A DNA stretch of 64,000 bases. It comes from a virus. The first letter of the stretch is position 1. Each line of letters opens with the position of its first letter. The stretch is taken from positions 1 to 64,000 of the IMG/VR virus record IMGVR_UViG_3300007512_000011. One strand, written 5' to 3'. The notes under the pieces are model-generated. The model was given only the letters and a program-made list of their open reading frames with translations, was not told the DNA's origin and searched no databases. The position numbers were made by a program, and so were the translations under genes. Shown here piece by piece: positions 29,491 to 41,917 of the stretch.

Positions 29491-30482
29491 TCTATTCCCC
29501 ACCAGGCAAGTGTTCTCTCTAGACCCTCCCAAAATCTAACCTTTGGCTCATAGCCTAGATCATTTGAAATACTTGAAATGTCAGCACAAGTATGCATTAC
29601 ATCACCAAGTCGCCATGGTGCACCTCTGACAACAGTGTGGCTGAACCTATTCATAAAAAAATCTAAAATTTCTCTATTGGTTGTCTGGTCGCCGCAAGAA
29701 ACATTATAAGTCTTTCCGTAAAATTTCATATCTGATGTTGCTGCAAGAACATTGGCGTCAACAGCATTATCAATATAACACAGATCTCTTGATTGACTTC
29801 CATCTCCATCACTTCTGAGAGGTTTATTGTTTTTCGTTGCATGACACCATGCAGAGACTGCTGTCGAGTAAGGTGAGTCACCATACTGTCCGGGGCCAAA
29901 AACATTAAAGTATCGCAAGCACACGATATCAAGATCATAAAGCTCACCAAAGAGACGTGCAATATCTTCAATTGCGCTCTTCTGCCAGGCATATGGAGAC
30001 TTAGGGTTTCTTACAGTTGTCTCTGCTGTGGGGAGAATATCTGCTCCCCCATACACAGAAGAGGAAGAAGCCCAAACTATTCTACTAACACAATCCCGGC
30101 AGGCCTCGAATAATCTAACTGTCCCAGCGATGTTTACATCTGTTGTGATTCCTGGATTTTCAACAGAAAAAAGAACCCTGGGAATTGCTGCCTGGTGGAA
30201 AACTACGTCATACATTTCTGATCTTATGTTTGATATCACAGCAGGATGCGCAAAATCTCCCTGAATTACATGCACATCTGATGTCTCTCTTGGTACACAT
30301 GATTCGTAAAAGTTTGAAAGCAAGTCAGCGAGAATAACTCTCATGTTTAAGCCTTCAAGAAGCTCTAGATGCCCATTTGACATGTCGTCAACAATATCGA
30401 CCTGCCAACCCTCTTTTACAAGTCGATGTGTCAGATTTGATCCGATGAATCCACATCCCCCTGTTACAAGTGCTCTTTTCAT
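29487..30482 (-). CDS. NAD-dependent nucleotide-sugar epimerase/dehydratase
   Basis: GGCGFIGS, ASSSSVYG, YAWQK (YxxxK), LRYFNVFGP. Confidence 0.93.
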   Translation of the reverse strand: MKRALVTGGCGFIGSNLTHRLVKEGWQVDIVDDMSNGHLELLEGLNMRVILADLLSNFYESCVPRETSDVHVIQGDFAHPAVISNIRSEMYDVVFHQAAIPRVLFSVENPGITTDVNIAGTVRLFEACRDCVSRIVWASSSSVYGGADILPTAETTVRNPKSPYAWQKSAIEDIARLFGELYDLDIVCLRYFNVFGPGQYGDSPYSTAVSAWCHATKNNKPLRSDGDGSQSRDLCYIDNAVDANVLAATSDMKFYGKTYNVSCGDQTTNREILDFFMNRFSHTVVRGAPWRLGDVMHTCADISSISNDLGYEPKVRFWEGLERTLAWWGIE

Positions 30483-30497
30483 GTAATTTACTCCGTT

Positions 30498-31403
30498 CTA
30501 AATAATATGTGCAGAATTTAAATTAAATCGTAGTCTGGCCTGACTACAACCTTTTCCTATCTTCTTCCAGCATTCAGATGCTAAGAAATACAAAAACCTC
30601 AAATCATGCTCAAAAAGCGTCTTCACATTACATGATCGAATCACGACGTGAAAATCCATTGTTGCATTTCTTTGGCTCACCTGAATAAAGGATATGCAGG
30701 AATCTCCTGTAAATACGAATCGTCTAGATGATAAATCTTCTTTTCGATTGTACACATTATTGCCCGCAAGTTCATTATCTATTTTCTCTAACACCGATTG
30801 ATAGATCTCTTTATAGTATTCTGTCTCTGGTTCATAATCAAGAATACCTGAATCTGCTTCTTCGAACTTACCTGTATCGTATAGTGTAAAACACAGAGGA
30901 AATATCTCATTTGTCGGTGATTCACTAACAGACTGGATTACCTCACTAGCGACCTCTTTAAGCATTGCTCTTTCTTTTACATCAAGCAGTGCAACTATGC
31001 TTTCAGCGAGGTCTTCTACACCTACTTCTCTATTAACGTGAATAATATTGGGTAGGCTCTTCATGCTATTGAATCTAGCTGTAAAAATATCGTGGACCTT
31101 CTTAATAGAGGCATGATCATGAAGTGGATCACCACGACTAAGAAATCTTCTCTCAATAACACTCCAGGGCAGATCAAGTAACACGTATCTATTATTGAGA
31201 TTGTGCACCTCATTATGCAAATCAGCATCAACGAAAGCAAGAGATCGCTTATACAGTCCACCAAACACATCACGAGAAAGCTGTGATCTATCCATTAGAT
31301 GCCATCGATAATCTGACACATCATGTATTTGTCCAATCAATGTTGTCTTTCCGGAGCAATCCGGTCCTTCAACAAATAGTGTTTGAGTTGGGTATATTAG
31401 CAT
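30498..31403 (-). CDS. dNMP kinase fused to a truncated thymidylate-synthase-like domain
   Basis: EGPDCSGKTT and MDRS; SSRR...SCISFIQ...RSCNVKTLFEHD...SAHI. Confidence 0.78.
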   Translation of the reverse strand: MLIYPTQTLFVEGPDCSGKTTLIGQIHDVSDYRWHLMDRSQLSRDVFGGLYKRSLAFVDADLHNEVHNLNNRYVLLDLPWSVIERRFLSRGDPLHDHASIKKVHDIFTARFNSMKSLPNIIHVNREVGVEDLAESIVALLDVKERAMLKEVASEVIQSVSESPTNEIFPLCFTLYDTGKFEEADSGILDYEPETEYYKEIYQSVLEKIDNELAGNNVYNRKEDLSSRRFVFTGDSCISFIQVSQRNATMDFHVVIRSCNVKTLFEHDLRFLYFLASECWKKIGKGCSQARLRFNLNSAHII

Positions 31404-31411
31404 GTCTGTTA

Positions 31412-34400
31412 TTATACATTAATTTGCTTCATTTTGTAAGCAGAAGTTGAACAGCCCCAGGCCTCACTGGATGCCACCTCGGCAAGCCAGATTGTATACA
31501 GGTCAGGGAGTTGATTGAACCTACCCCACACACGGAGCCACACACTCTCAGAGCTGCTATCGCAGACCTTTAAGCGATAAAATATCTTTCCATTCTTTGT
31601 TGTCCTTTCTTCAATTGACTGAATGCAGAACCAAGAGACATCCTTCTTGTTTCCTTCCATTTTAGTAATAGGCTTTACTTGTGACTTTTCAATTTTTTTC
31701 ATCAACGCGGGAGGAAACACTATCTCTTCATCTGCTCCTGCCATGAGATCCACACTAAAGGCTATCTTGGTTGATCGAGACCAATCAGGCTCATCAAAGG
31801 TCTCTCTTATCTTCTCAGGAATAAATTCTGGAACTCGACCTGTCTCCTTCATCATTTTCTTTGCAGCTGTCTTTGACATTCCAAATCTTCCCTTCTTGAG
31901 AAGATCGTAATTACCAACTATGACTTCATGAAGCTGTCTGTGATTTTTAATATCACCACTTGACATCTCTTTCAAAGCTCCAAATGCCTCAACCTTGCAC
32001 AGAGAATCGAAGCAAGTCTTATTCATCTTTGAGGGACGCCACTGTCCTTCTTCATTAAAAAGCATCTGATCTATGCATGTGAATGGTCGTCGGGACATAA
32101 TTTCCTGAACTGCTGACTTGCCCACACCCTTGATCGCTGTAAGGGGTGGAACAAAGCCCTTTCTCTTCTCACTGTACACCCAGACATCTGAGGATGTATT
32201 AATATCGGGCGGTAAAATCTTGTAGCCTAGTGATTTTATCTCGGCCATAATTTTTCCAAATTTTGGTGAACCATTCCATGTTTGAAGACAGGTCGCAAGC
32301 CACTCCTTCTCATAATGTGTATGTAGCCATGCTGAGTAATACGAGTCAACAGCGTACGCTACAGCATGTGATTTATTAAACCCATAGGCAGAGAATGCTT
32401 CGATTGTCTCGTATAGCTTAATTGCTTTATTCTCATCCATTCCAGACAGATCAGTTGCACCCCTCACAAATGTTTCTCGAAGCTCAATGCGCTCCCTTGC
32501 CTTTTTCTCATTCATGTCAAGTGACTTCTTCACAAGAGTCTTTCTCATCTTATCAGATGCACCCTTGTCAAACCCACAGAGCTTCTGCGCAATAAGCATA
32601 AACTGTTCCTGAAAAACAACAAAGCCTCGACTCTCCTTCAGTATTTCCTCAAGAACTGGGTGATCATATGTGATTGAATCGAGGGACTTTCCAGCTGCGA
32701 CATACTTTTTGTGGACGTTTGCTGCAAGCGGACCAGGCCTGTAAATTGCTGTGATGGTTGCGAGATCCTCAATAGATCTTGGTTTAGCTTGCACACAGAA
32801 CTTCCTGGCTCCAGAATTTGTAAACTGAAAGATCTGGACAAACCTACCGCCGTGATAAATGTACTCCCAGACACTCTGATCATCCATCTTATGATAGCGA
32901 CTATTTAGATTCGCATCAAAGAATTCATTGATCTGATCGAATGTAGGTTCTTCAATACCTTGATTTCTCAAAATCAGTCTAATGCTATCCTCGACCATCT
33001 TTAAAGTTGCCAGGCCAAGAAAGTCAAACTTTAAGAACCCATTTTCTTCTAGATGTCTGAAGTTCATTCCTTCAGACCAGGGTGTTTGCAACTCTCCTCT
33101 GACCTTGATGACGGGCATGTGACTCTCAAGATCAGGACAAACGAGAACCCCTCCTGCATGGCGCCCTATTGATCTTGGTTCCATAAATAGAGTTTGGATG
33201 TGCTCTGCAATTTTTGGATATTTCTGCATGAACTGACGATATGATTCGCTATACTTCATACAATCTTCATGTGTCAACACATAAGTTGACTTTTCCTCAT
33301 GATCACCCATTGCACGCGGCATAACCTCTCTTTCAAGGGGCCCTGTTAGCACATTCACTTCTTCAAAGGGTATTCCAAAAAATTTTGACACATCTTTAAT
33401 CAGTGACTTAAGCTTTAGTGTGTTAAAGTTTGACACCGGAATTACAGAATCCTCTCCAAAGAGCTCCCTTGCAACATCAATTAAGACATCCCGATCTCCA
33501 ACATCAGAGTCAATATCAGGCCACGCCACTTTGTGAAGCCCTAGAAATCTCTCAAAAAGCAAGTTATATTGTATTGGGTCTATGTGTGTGATTCCAAGAA
33601 CATAATTGACAAGGCTTCCGCCGCCGGATCCTCTCGCTGGACCGAGAAGCGTACGGGACTTAGACTTTTCAAATACTTTTGTCAGGGTTAGAAAGTAATT
33701 TTCAAATCCGAGCTCCTTAATAACAGAAAGCTCTTCCTTAATTCGATCAACATATTCGGGATCTTGGTGAAAATTATCTTTCACCATTCCATCTTTTACC
33801 TGCCTAACAAGCTGTGTGAATGCAGAGCTTTTAGGCGTGCTAAAGTTTGGAAGCTTTGCCTCGCCATCAAACCACACTTCTTTACACTGATCCCATGCAA
33901 TATCGTGCGATCTTTCAATTGCAGACTTAACAAGCTCCTCACTGCCCTCATAAAAGTCGTAGTGATCATAGCTGTGGCGAAATTCATCCCACATCTGCTG
34001 TGCATTTTTTGGATACAGCTCACACTTGAGATCCTCCTTCTCAGGTAAAGTGGGCATTTCATCCCCTCGAGATCCCATTCTTCCCAGTAGTTTATACATT
34101 TCACGAGCTTCCCATAAGTCTGGGTTGCAGTAATGTGAATCAGCTGTTGCCACAAGTGGAACGCCAGTTTTTTTAGAAAGCTCTATTAGACATCGATTCG
34201 CTAAGTTTTGTGCCTCGAGCTTATTAAATTGCAATTCAAGAAAGAAATTCTCACGCCCTACAGCATCGACAAATCGATCCGTCATGTTCTCAAGCTTTGA
34301 CATAACAGCAGAGAGCACAGCGGGATCATCAACGAGAGAAGGTGTAAGATCATCAAATTTTGCATCCGGGAATTGCTGAAAAATTAATCCTGATGGCCTA

Positions 34401-35014
34401 CCTCCCACACACGCAGTTGACACAATCAGTCCCTCAGAGTGCTCTTTTAGCATTTTGTAATCAATTCTCGGAAAACGATAAAATCCTTCCTTATATGATC
34501 GCTTCACCAGCCGAAAAAGATTTTGTAATCCGACATAGTTTTTTGCCAACACGACAAGGTGATAGCGCCGCTTCCATTCAGGATATGTTCCTCTTTCTGA
34601 TTTAGATTCATTCTCATTTTCGATGACAAGCCCTTCATTGTCATCATCTTTTTCAATCACAGCACGTTGCTTTTTAGCTTCCCGCTCTAGTCTCACTGAC
34701 TCTCTGTGAGCTTCATAGTCATTTCTCCACTCATCGAGATCATCAACAAAGTAGCATTCGCAACCATAGACATGCTTATATTGCTGCCCTTTTGATTTTA
34801 GCTTCTTTGCATAATTGTGAGCATGAGCTGCTGAATTCATGTGACCATGATTTGTCAGAGCAAAAGCATTCATTCCATTTTCAAGAACAAAGTCTATGTG
34901 CTCATTCGGATACCCTAGACCGTCATAAACACTTGACCCATCATGAGCATGCAGCCCGACAAATCTTTTTGGAGGACCACAAACACCATCTAAGCTCTTC
35001 TTAAATTTTCCCAT
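31412..35014 (-). CDS. dnaE: DNA polymerase III alpha subunit
   Basis: PHP domain (HAH, ADSH), RGSGGGSLV, PDIDSD, KFDFLGL, YGFNKSHA. Confidence 0.96.
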   Translation of the reverse strand: MGKFKKSLDGVCGPPKRFVGLHAHDGSSVYDGLGYPNEHIDFVLENGMNAFALTNHGHMNSAAHAHNYAKKLKSKGQQYKHVYGCECYFVDDLDEWRNDYEAHRESVRLEREAKKQRAVIEKDDDNEGLVIENENESKSERGTYPEWKRRYHLVVLAKNYVGLQNLFRLVKRSYKEGFYRFPRIDYKMLKEHSEGLIVSTACVGGRPSGLIFQQFPDAKFDDLTPSLVDDPAVLSAVMSKLENMTDRFVDAVGRENFFLELQFNKLEAQNLANRCLIELSKKTGVPLVATADSHYCNPDLWEAREMYKLLGRMGSRGDEMPTLPEKEDLKCELYPKNAQQMWDEFRHSYDHYDFYEGSEELVKSAIERSHDIAWDQCKEVWFDGEAKLPNFSTPKSSAFTQLVRQVKDGMVKDNFHQDPEYVDRIKEELSVIKELGFENYFLTLTKVFEKSKSRTLLGPARGSGGGSLVNYVLGITHIDPIQYNLLFERFLGLHKVAWPDIDSDVGDRDVLIDVARELFGEDSVIPVSNFNTLKLKSLIKDVSKFFGIPFEEVNVLTGPLEREVMPRAMGDHEEKSTYVLTHEDCMKYSESYRQFMQKYPKIAEHIQTLFMEPRSIGRHAGGVLVCPDLESHMPVIKVRGELQTPWSEGMNFRHLEENGFLKFDFLGLATLKMVEDSIRLILRNQGIEEPTFDQINEFFDANLNSRYHKMDDQSVWEYIYHGGRFVQIFQFTNSGARKFCVQAKPRSIEDLATITAIYRPGPLAANVHKKYVAAGKSLDSITYDHPVLEEILKESRGFVVFQEQFMLIAQKLCGFDKGASDKMRKTLVKKSLDMNEKKARERIELRETFVRGATDLSGMDENKAIKLYETIEAFSAYGFNKSHAVAYAVDSYYSAWLHTHYEKEWLATCLQTWNGSPKFGKIMAEIKSLGYKILPPDINTSSDVWVYSEKRKGFVPPLTAIKGVGKSAVQEIMSRRPFTCIDQMLFNEEGQWRPSKMNKTCFDSLCKVEAFGALKEMSSGDIKNHRQLHEVIVGNYDLLKKGRFGMSKTAAKKMMKETGRVPEFIPEKIRETFDEPDWSRSTKIAFSVDLMAGADEEIVFPPALMKKIEKSQVKPITKMEGNKKDVSWFCIQSIEERTTKNGKIFYRLKVCDSSSESVWLRVWGRFNQLPDLYTIWLAEVASSEAWGCSTSAYKMKQINV

Positions 35015-35057
35015 TTACCTTCCAGGTAGGAGCATAAACATTACTCCTTTCATAAAC

Positions 35058-36949
<1,892 letters not shown>

Positions 36950-37009
36950 TCACGTCTCCTTATGACGACAGTATAAATGTAGACACCAAATTTAGAAAGA
37001 AAACCCTTT

Positions 37010-38044
37010 TTATTGCTCTTTTTGAATTTTTTTCAAATTCAAAATCAGGTCTCTCTCCTGTTTGGTTATTTCAGTGGGCACTTCAAGACAGAGATGCACC
37101 ATTTGATCACCTATAACACCCTCTCTCTTCATTCCCTTTCCAGACAATTTAACTACTGTGCCGTGCTGTGTACCGGGTGTCACCTTAAGAGAAACTTCAC
37201 CTGATAGTGTCTCAACAGTGACAGTTCCACCTAGAACAGCAAGCGGATACGAGATGTGCTTACGACAGTGTAGATCGTTCATCTCTCTCTCAAACTTAGG
37301 ATGAGGAACAACATCAACTCTAATGTATAGATCACCTGGCTGATTCGATGCTGGATGATGATTTCCTAGATTCTGAATTCTTAATCTTTCTCCGCTCATG
37401 ATTCCTACAGGAATGGTGAACTTTATCGCTCGAGGCTCTTGAACTCTTCCCAAGCCCTTACATGACTTGCACGGATTCTTAATAGTACTTCCGGAACCCT
37501 GGCAGTGACCACAAGTCATTGATATATTTAGAAAAGCAGCAGTGTGATGCATCTTACCAGAGCCGTTACAGTTGGGACAAGTCTGAACATCAGATGGATC
37601 TCTAATGCCCGCACCGCTACATTTGTCACATATGATCAAACTGTTATAGGTTGTCTGTTTTTCAATGCCTGAAAATGCTGACTCTAGAGAAATAGTCACC
37701 AGTATTTCAACATCCTCGCCTACTTGTGGACCCGAATCTGGCTGGCTATGCCCGCTAAAGAAAGATTCAAATCCAAAGTCTTTAAAGAAGCTTTCAAAAA
37801 TGTCATGTGGGTTATCTGCAAACGTCGTAAAATTTCGTGTACCTCCCAGATCATATTGCTTTCTTTTCTCGGGATCAGATAGCACCTCATATGCCTCAGA
37901 TGCTTCTTTGAACTTTGCTTCTGCATCTGGATTATCTGAATTTCTATCAGGATGATATTTTAATGCTAGCTCTCTATACACTTTCTTGATATCATCCTGT
38001 GATGCACTCTTGTCAACTCCTAACACACTGTAAAAATCAGACAA
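37010..38044 (-). CDS. dnaJ: chaperone DnaJ
   Basis: J domain with HPD; four CxxCxGxG motifs; C-terminal domain. Confidence 0.96.
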   Translation of the reverse strand: MSDFYSVLGVDKSASQDDIKKVYRELALKYHPDRNSDNPDAEAKFKEASEAYEVLSDPEKRKQYDLGGTRNFTTFADNPHDIFESFFKDFGFESFFSGHSQPDSGPQVGEDVEILVTISLESAFSGIEKQTTYNSLIICDKCSGAGIRDPSDVQTCPNCNGSGKMHHTAAFLNISMTCGHCQGSGSTIKNPCKSCKGLGRVQEPRAIKFTIPVGIMSGERLRIQNLGNHHPASNQPGDLYIRVDVVPHPKFEREMNDLHCRKHISYPLAVLGGTVTVETLSGEVSLKVTPGTQHGTVVKLSGKGMKREGVIGDQMVHLCLEVPTEITKQERDLILNLKKIQKEQ

Positions 38045-38055
38045 GAAAGTACCCT

Positions 38056-38496
38056 CTACTCTATTGATCCATAGTAGGGTTCAAAGAGAAGCTCATTGCT
38101 ATCATTGCATCTCGAAAGATAATCATCAAGATCCTGAAATGATGTACAGACCTTTATGCCTGATTGTGCGAGCATCAAATTAAATGTGGCACCACCAGGA
38201 AGGCCTGCACAAAAATATACAATAGGTGTATCTGAATGATATGCTACACCAGCTTCGAAGATGCTTCCCATATCCTTGTCACGTGTATTACAAATCACAA
38301 AATCATTTCCAAGAATGTGCTCTACATTTCCCTCAAATGTATCCTTCTGTGTTTGCAGATCAGCAGTTGGAGGACAGATGAAAAAATCTTTCGGTGAAAA
38401 ATATTCATAGCCATTTTTTGTTAATAGCTCTTTGATGGTTTCAACCTCCTCAAAAGCTGCAGGTGTGAACCAAGAACTTGCGATATATGCTTTCAT
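38056..38496 (-). CDS. nucleoside 2-deoxyribosyltransferase / nucleotide N-hydrolase family
   Basis: [24 protein letters not shown]. Confidence 0.85.
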   Translation of the reverse strand: MKAYIASSWFTPAAFEEVETIKELLTKNGYEYFSPKDFFICPPTADLQTQKDTFEGNVEHILGNDFVICNTRDKDMGSIFEAGVAYHSDTPIVYFCAGLPGGATFNLMLAQSGIKVCTSFQDLDDYLSRCNDSNELLFEPYYGSIE

Positions 38497-38498
38497 TA

Positions 38499-39479
38499 TT
38501 ATTCCTTTGTATTCTTATAGGCTGTTTCAAGATTAGTAATTTCATCTATCAGTCCATTCCAAATCTGACGAAACTTTGTGTTTCCCTCAGACTCCTCAAC
38601 GGGCGGATTTGTTCCATTTAGGTCATATCGATGTGCCTGATAGATTGTATCATTTGGATGATATTCTATGTGCTTATCACTATCAGAATCAGGCCAGTAT
38701 AAATTTGTACCTGTTCCAGATCTCAGATTTCTAATATAATGCCAGGCAGGACCTGTCAGTGCTTTTGTACCAATAACAGCACTAGCTTCAGGGAGGACCT
38801 TGATAATTTCAAGAGCCATTTTCGCTGCAATGAGATTATCAACTGCAGGCTGAATTTGCTTATCAGCCCGCTGCTTAACAAGCCCGATAATATCCTTTAG
38901 ATTAAACCTTCCGTAATAAAATGTTGACAAACACTTTGGCAAGATTGTACGAGCATCCATCATGGAAATCTGATTGGTATCAACCATGTCGGCATAGAGC
39001 TGCTTGGCATCGTCAACATGACGCTTCCATCGACGATAAAGCTCAGGACTATTTTCAACCGAAGAAGGAACAAGGCATGGCTCATGATGCAAGAATCTAT
39101 CACCTGTACACTGTGCAGCAAAAGATCCAGCTCGATGTCGAATTAGATGAGTCACGGTCTGCAAATCAATGCCGGCAAACTTAAAGGTAAAGCTGAAGAT
39201 CTCCATTGGTGTCGGCAATGCACGAAAGCAAAGCACATCCTCGAGATTTTCACTAAGCTCTAGCTGTGAAGCTCCTGAAGGGTTTGTGTAGTCTGGTTGA
39301 TCCGCCCACGTTGCCTTCACAAATCTCCACGCGACATCTCTCATCTGCTGGGGAGTTGGGTGATCTACAAGCTCAATATCTAGTGCATCGAGATCATTTA
39401 AGAATTGCGTTGTTGGATCTTCATCAAATCGAAGCGCCATTGGCAATTTTACAGGTTCAAGGTTTTTATCTTGTGGCAT
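38499..39479 (-). CDS. ThyX-like flavin-dependent thymidylate synthase homolog (Ser-to-Cys variant)
   Basis: HLIRHRAGSFAAQC; DARTILP; R...QIQ. Confidence 0.78.
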   Translation of the reverse strand: MPQDKNLEPVKLPMALRFDEDPTTQFLNDLDALDIELVDHPTPQQMRDVAWRFVKATWADQPDYTNPSGASQLELSENLEDVLCFRALPTPMEIFSFTFKFAGIDLQTVTHLIRHRAGSFAAQCTGDRFLHHEPCLVPSSVENSPELYRRWKRHVDDAKQLYADMVDTNQISMMDARTILPKCLSTFYYGRFNLKDIIGLVKQRADKQIQPAVDNLIAAKMALEIIKVLPEASAVIGTKALTGPAWHYIRNLRSGTGTNLYWPDSDSDKHIEYHPNDTIYQAHRYDLNGTNPPVEESEGNTKFRQIWNGLIDEITNLETAYKNTKE

Positions 39480-39509
39480 ATGAGAATCCTTTGTAGTAAT
39501 TTTATGCTG

Positions 39510-40451
39510 TTAGAGAGAATGTTTATTTAAAAAGAGTCGTAAAAAATCTTTTGAGTCATCATACATTGATATGTTTTCGCGACCCTCTAGTTCAGTGTTA
39601 TATGATGTTCTTGGAGAATAGACATGAATACCGTGCTTTGCATACTCAGCTGCATGCTTTGCTGAATCATCGATTGCACAGACGACTTTTCCAGAATCAA
39701 AATAATCTGACTGTGTGAGCCATCTATACTTTTCAGAGCTAAAGCTAATTCTATCATACTGCAAGCCCGACTCATTTATCCAGTGAAAAGTATCATAACA
39801 ACAAAGCAAATTTTCATTAGGACGGGCAGTCAGTATATGTACCCAATATCCTGCATCTTTAATCTGATTTATAGCAGAGATCATCTTCTTGTTTGGTGCC
39901 AGATTGCGTAATTCTCTTTCTCTGATGAAGTCAAAAAAGACCTTTTCCGGATTTAACCCAGCTGCTTTTACCTCTGATGTTGTATAGTATTCAGAAGAAT
40001 TTCTATCGATCTTAAGATTATGATTTTTCTCCAACCACTCTATAAATCCCGATCTGAATTCTATTATGACATCGTCCAAGTCAAGAATTATTACCTCTTG
40101 GCCCTCCCATTGGCTCTTAGATGATTGATAACGGGTGTGCAAAAAGAGGTCTTTGTCATGAAACGCAGAGACAAACTGATCACTCGAAATGTCCCACAGA
40201 TTCAAGATAGCCAAAATATATCGAAATACATCAACAGACTCATACAGAATTTTCGTTTTATTGACAGGTACGATTTCACTAGTGTGATCTTTATAGTTTA
40301 GCCCAGACACTAGAGAAGAGACCTCTGCGTGCAATGCTAGAGAAAAAGACTTTGTAGTCTCTTCTTTCTGCTTCTCTGAAAGCTTGTCAGAGCTGTAGAA
40401 CAGATCATTAAAAACTCTCTGTCTACTAAAAAGGTCGTCGATGGTTGACAA
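39510..40451 (-). CDS. all-alpha dUTPase/MazG-like domain fused to a HAD 5'-nucleotidase
   Basis: LHAEVSSL, YESVDVFRY; LDLDDVI, LTARP, IDDS. Confidence 0.78.
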   Translation of the reverse strand: MSTIDDLFSRQRVFNDLFYSSDKLSEKQKEETTKSFSLALHAEVSSLVSGLNYKDHTSEIVPVNKTKILYESVDVFRYILAILNLWDISSDQFVSAFHDKDLFLHTRYQSSKSQWEGQEVIILDLDDVIIEFRSGFIEWLEKNHNLKIDRNSSEYYTTSEVKAAGLNPEKVFFDFIRERELRNLAPNKKMISAINQIKDAGYWVHILTARPNENLLCCYDTFHWINESGLQYDRISFSSEKYRWLTQSDYFDSGKVVCAIDDSAKHAAEYAKHGIHVYSPRTSYNTELEGRENISMYDDSKDFLRLFLNKHSL

Positions 40452-40452
40452 T

Positions 40453-40839
40453 CTAATATCCGTCTTTTAATCTACTGTGGATTATTTCATCTTTTAAAAC
40501 ATAAGCCTTGTATAGATCATCTGCATCATAGCCGGCAAGGATTATCAGTGAGAAAAAATAATTGAAAGCATCAACTATCTCTTCCAGGAACTCCCTATCA
40601 TCGAATTCTTCGATATTTGTAACCCGATGTGGTTTCCAGTTTTTCAAATGCTGCAAAGCCTCAAACATTTCCTCTACACCGCGCAGTGCCATATCACGAC
40701 AAAGCTGCTGATTTTCTTTTTTCTTTAGATCAATCGGCAATTCTGGATATGCTTCTGGGAAGCTTTTTCTCAATTCCTGCATGAATGACTTCCGAAGCTC
40801 AAACATGCTAATCAGCCTGTCTTTCATCTTCCTCGGCAT
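40453..40839 (-). CDS. all-alpha dUTPase/dCTPase family pyrophosphatase
   Basis: EEMFEA, NWKPH, EEIVDAFNY, K...R...GY. Confidence 0.82.
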   Translation of the reverse strand: MPRKMKDRLISMFELRKSFMQELRKSFPEAYPELPIDLKKKENQQLCRDMALRGVEEMFEALQHLKNWKPHRVTNIEEFDDREFLEEIVDAFNYFFSLIILAGYDADDLYKAYVLKDEIIHSRLKDGY

Positions 40840-41056
40840 CCTGAATTTGTGAAACCTCTTCTAGCAATTGTGACACTTGATTCTCAGAAACTTCTCTGTA
40901 CTCAGGTGTTAACACTAGTGTGCTGTCATCTAGTTCAGAGCTTGTCACTCTAATCATTCTAAGATGATCAATCACGTCTGTTCCGGTGATAATAGCTAGT
41001 TGCACCAGCTTTGCCACCTGGCCTATTACCTCATCTGAAAGTTTATATTCTTCCAC
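40808..41056 (-). CDS. hypothetical protein
   Basis: AGGAG SD; LVQLAIITGTDVIDHLR. Confidence 0.7.
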   Translation of the reverse strand: MEEYKLSDEVIGQVAKLVQLAIITGTDVIDHLRMIRVTSSELDDSTLVLTPEYREVSENQVSQLLEEVSQIQDAEEDERQAD

Positions 41057-41065
41057 GTCTTTCTC

Positions 41066-41872
41066 CTAATTTTGAACCTCGGGAACCCAGTGTGTAGTTC
41101 TTCCGTCAGAAGTTCTTTCCTTGATTACTTGATTACCGATTGGATCAACATCCTGATTATAAACAGCAAATCTTCTAGTGTATTTGCCAGAATTTCCATC
41201 AAAATCTTGATATGTGGAAATAGTTGCACCGCCAGTCCTATAAGACTCACGGATAGTTGATTTTATGCTTTTATTTAAAGCAGAAATCTCTCGATCACTA
41301 AGACTACTACAAAGTCTATGGGGAGAAATTCTGGCCATATATAGTGATTCTGCTTTTAGATAATTTCCAACCCCTGCGATCACAGATTGATCCATTACTG
41401 CCTGGACAATAGTTTTATTCTTTCTTTTTCTTAGAGCATTTTTAAATTCAAAATCAGTTATATCTTGTGATAGCATATCTGGGCCTAGCTTTGTGAGCTT
41501 GCGACACAAGTAGTCATGACCTTTTACAAACCTTAGTGTTCCAAAGTTACGCATATCATTAAAGAAGATCTCATCATCTTCAATGGTTAATTTAACCCTA
41601 CTATGTTTCGTCGCCCCTGACTGCCATGTACCTGACATTCCCAATGTGCTCCAGATGCTCCAGCCTTCATCTAGCTTAAAGTAAATAAATTTTCCATGAC
41701 ATTCAACAGAAGTTATCATTCTTGGTAAATTTTTGATAAGATCAAATGATCCCTCTGGAGGGCCGTGCCTTGTGTATCTTCCACTTAACAAATCAATCTT
41801 AAGTAAACATTTTTCTGTGAGCCTCTCTGATAAAGCGTCAACGATATGTCTAACTTCTGGACCCTCTGGCAT
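41066..41872 (-). CDS. Fpg/Nei family DNA glycosylase with cysteine-free C-terminal finger
   Basis: MPEGPEV, HGKF, LGMSG, DMRNFG, GVGNYLKAESL, GRTTHW. Confidence 0.92.
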   Translation of the reverse strand: MPEGPEVRHIVDALSERLTEKCLLKIDLLSGRYTRHGPPEGSFDLIKNLPRMITSVECHGKFIYFKLDEGWSIWSTLGMSGTWQSGATKHSRVKLTIEDDEIFFNDMRNFGTLRFVKGHDYLCRKLTKLGPDMLSQDITDFEFKNALRKRKNKTIVQAVMDQSVIAGVGNYLKAESLYMARISPHRLCSSLSDREISALNKSIKSTIRESYRTGGATISTYQDFDGNSGKYTRRFAVYNQDVDPIGNQVIKERTSDGRTTHWVPEVQN

Positions 41873-41917
41873 AAAAACCCCTGTAGAAATGTTACCACTT
41901 AAATTCAAAGTGTTCAA

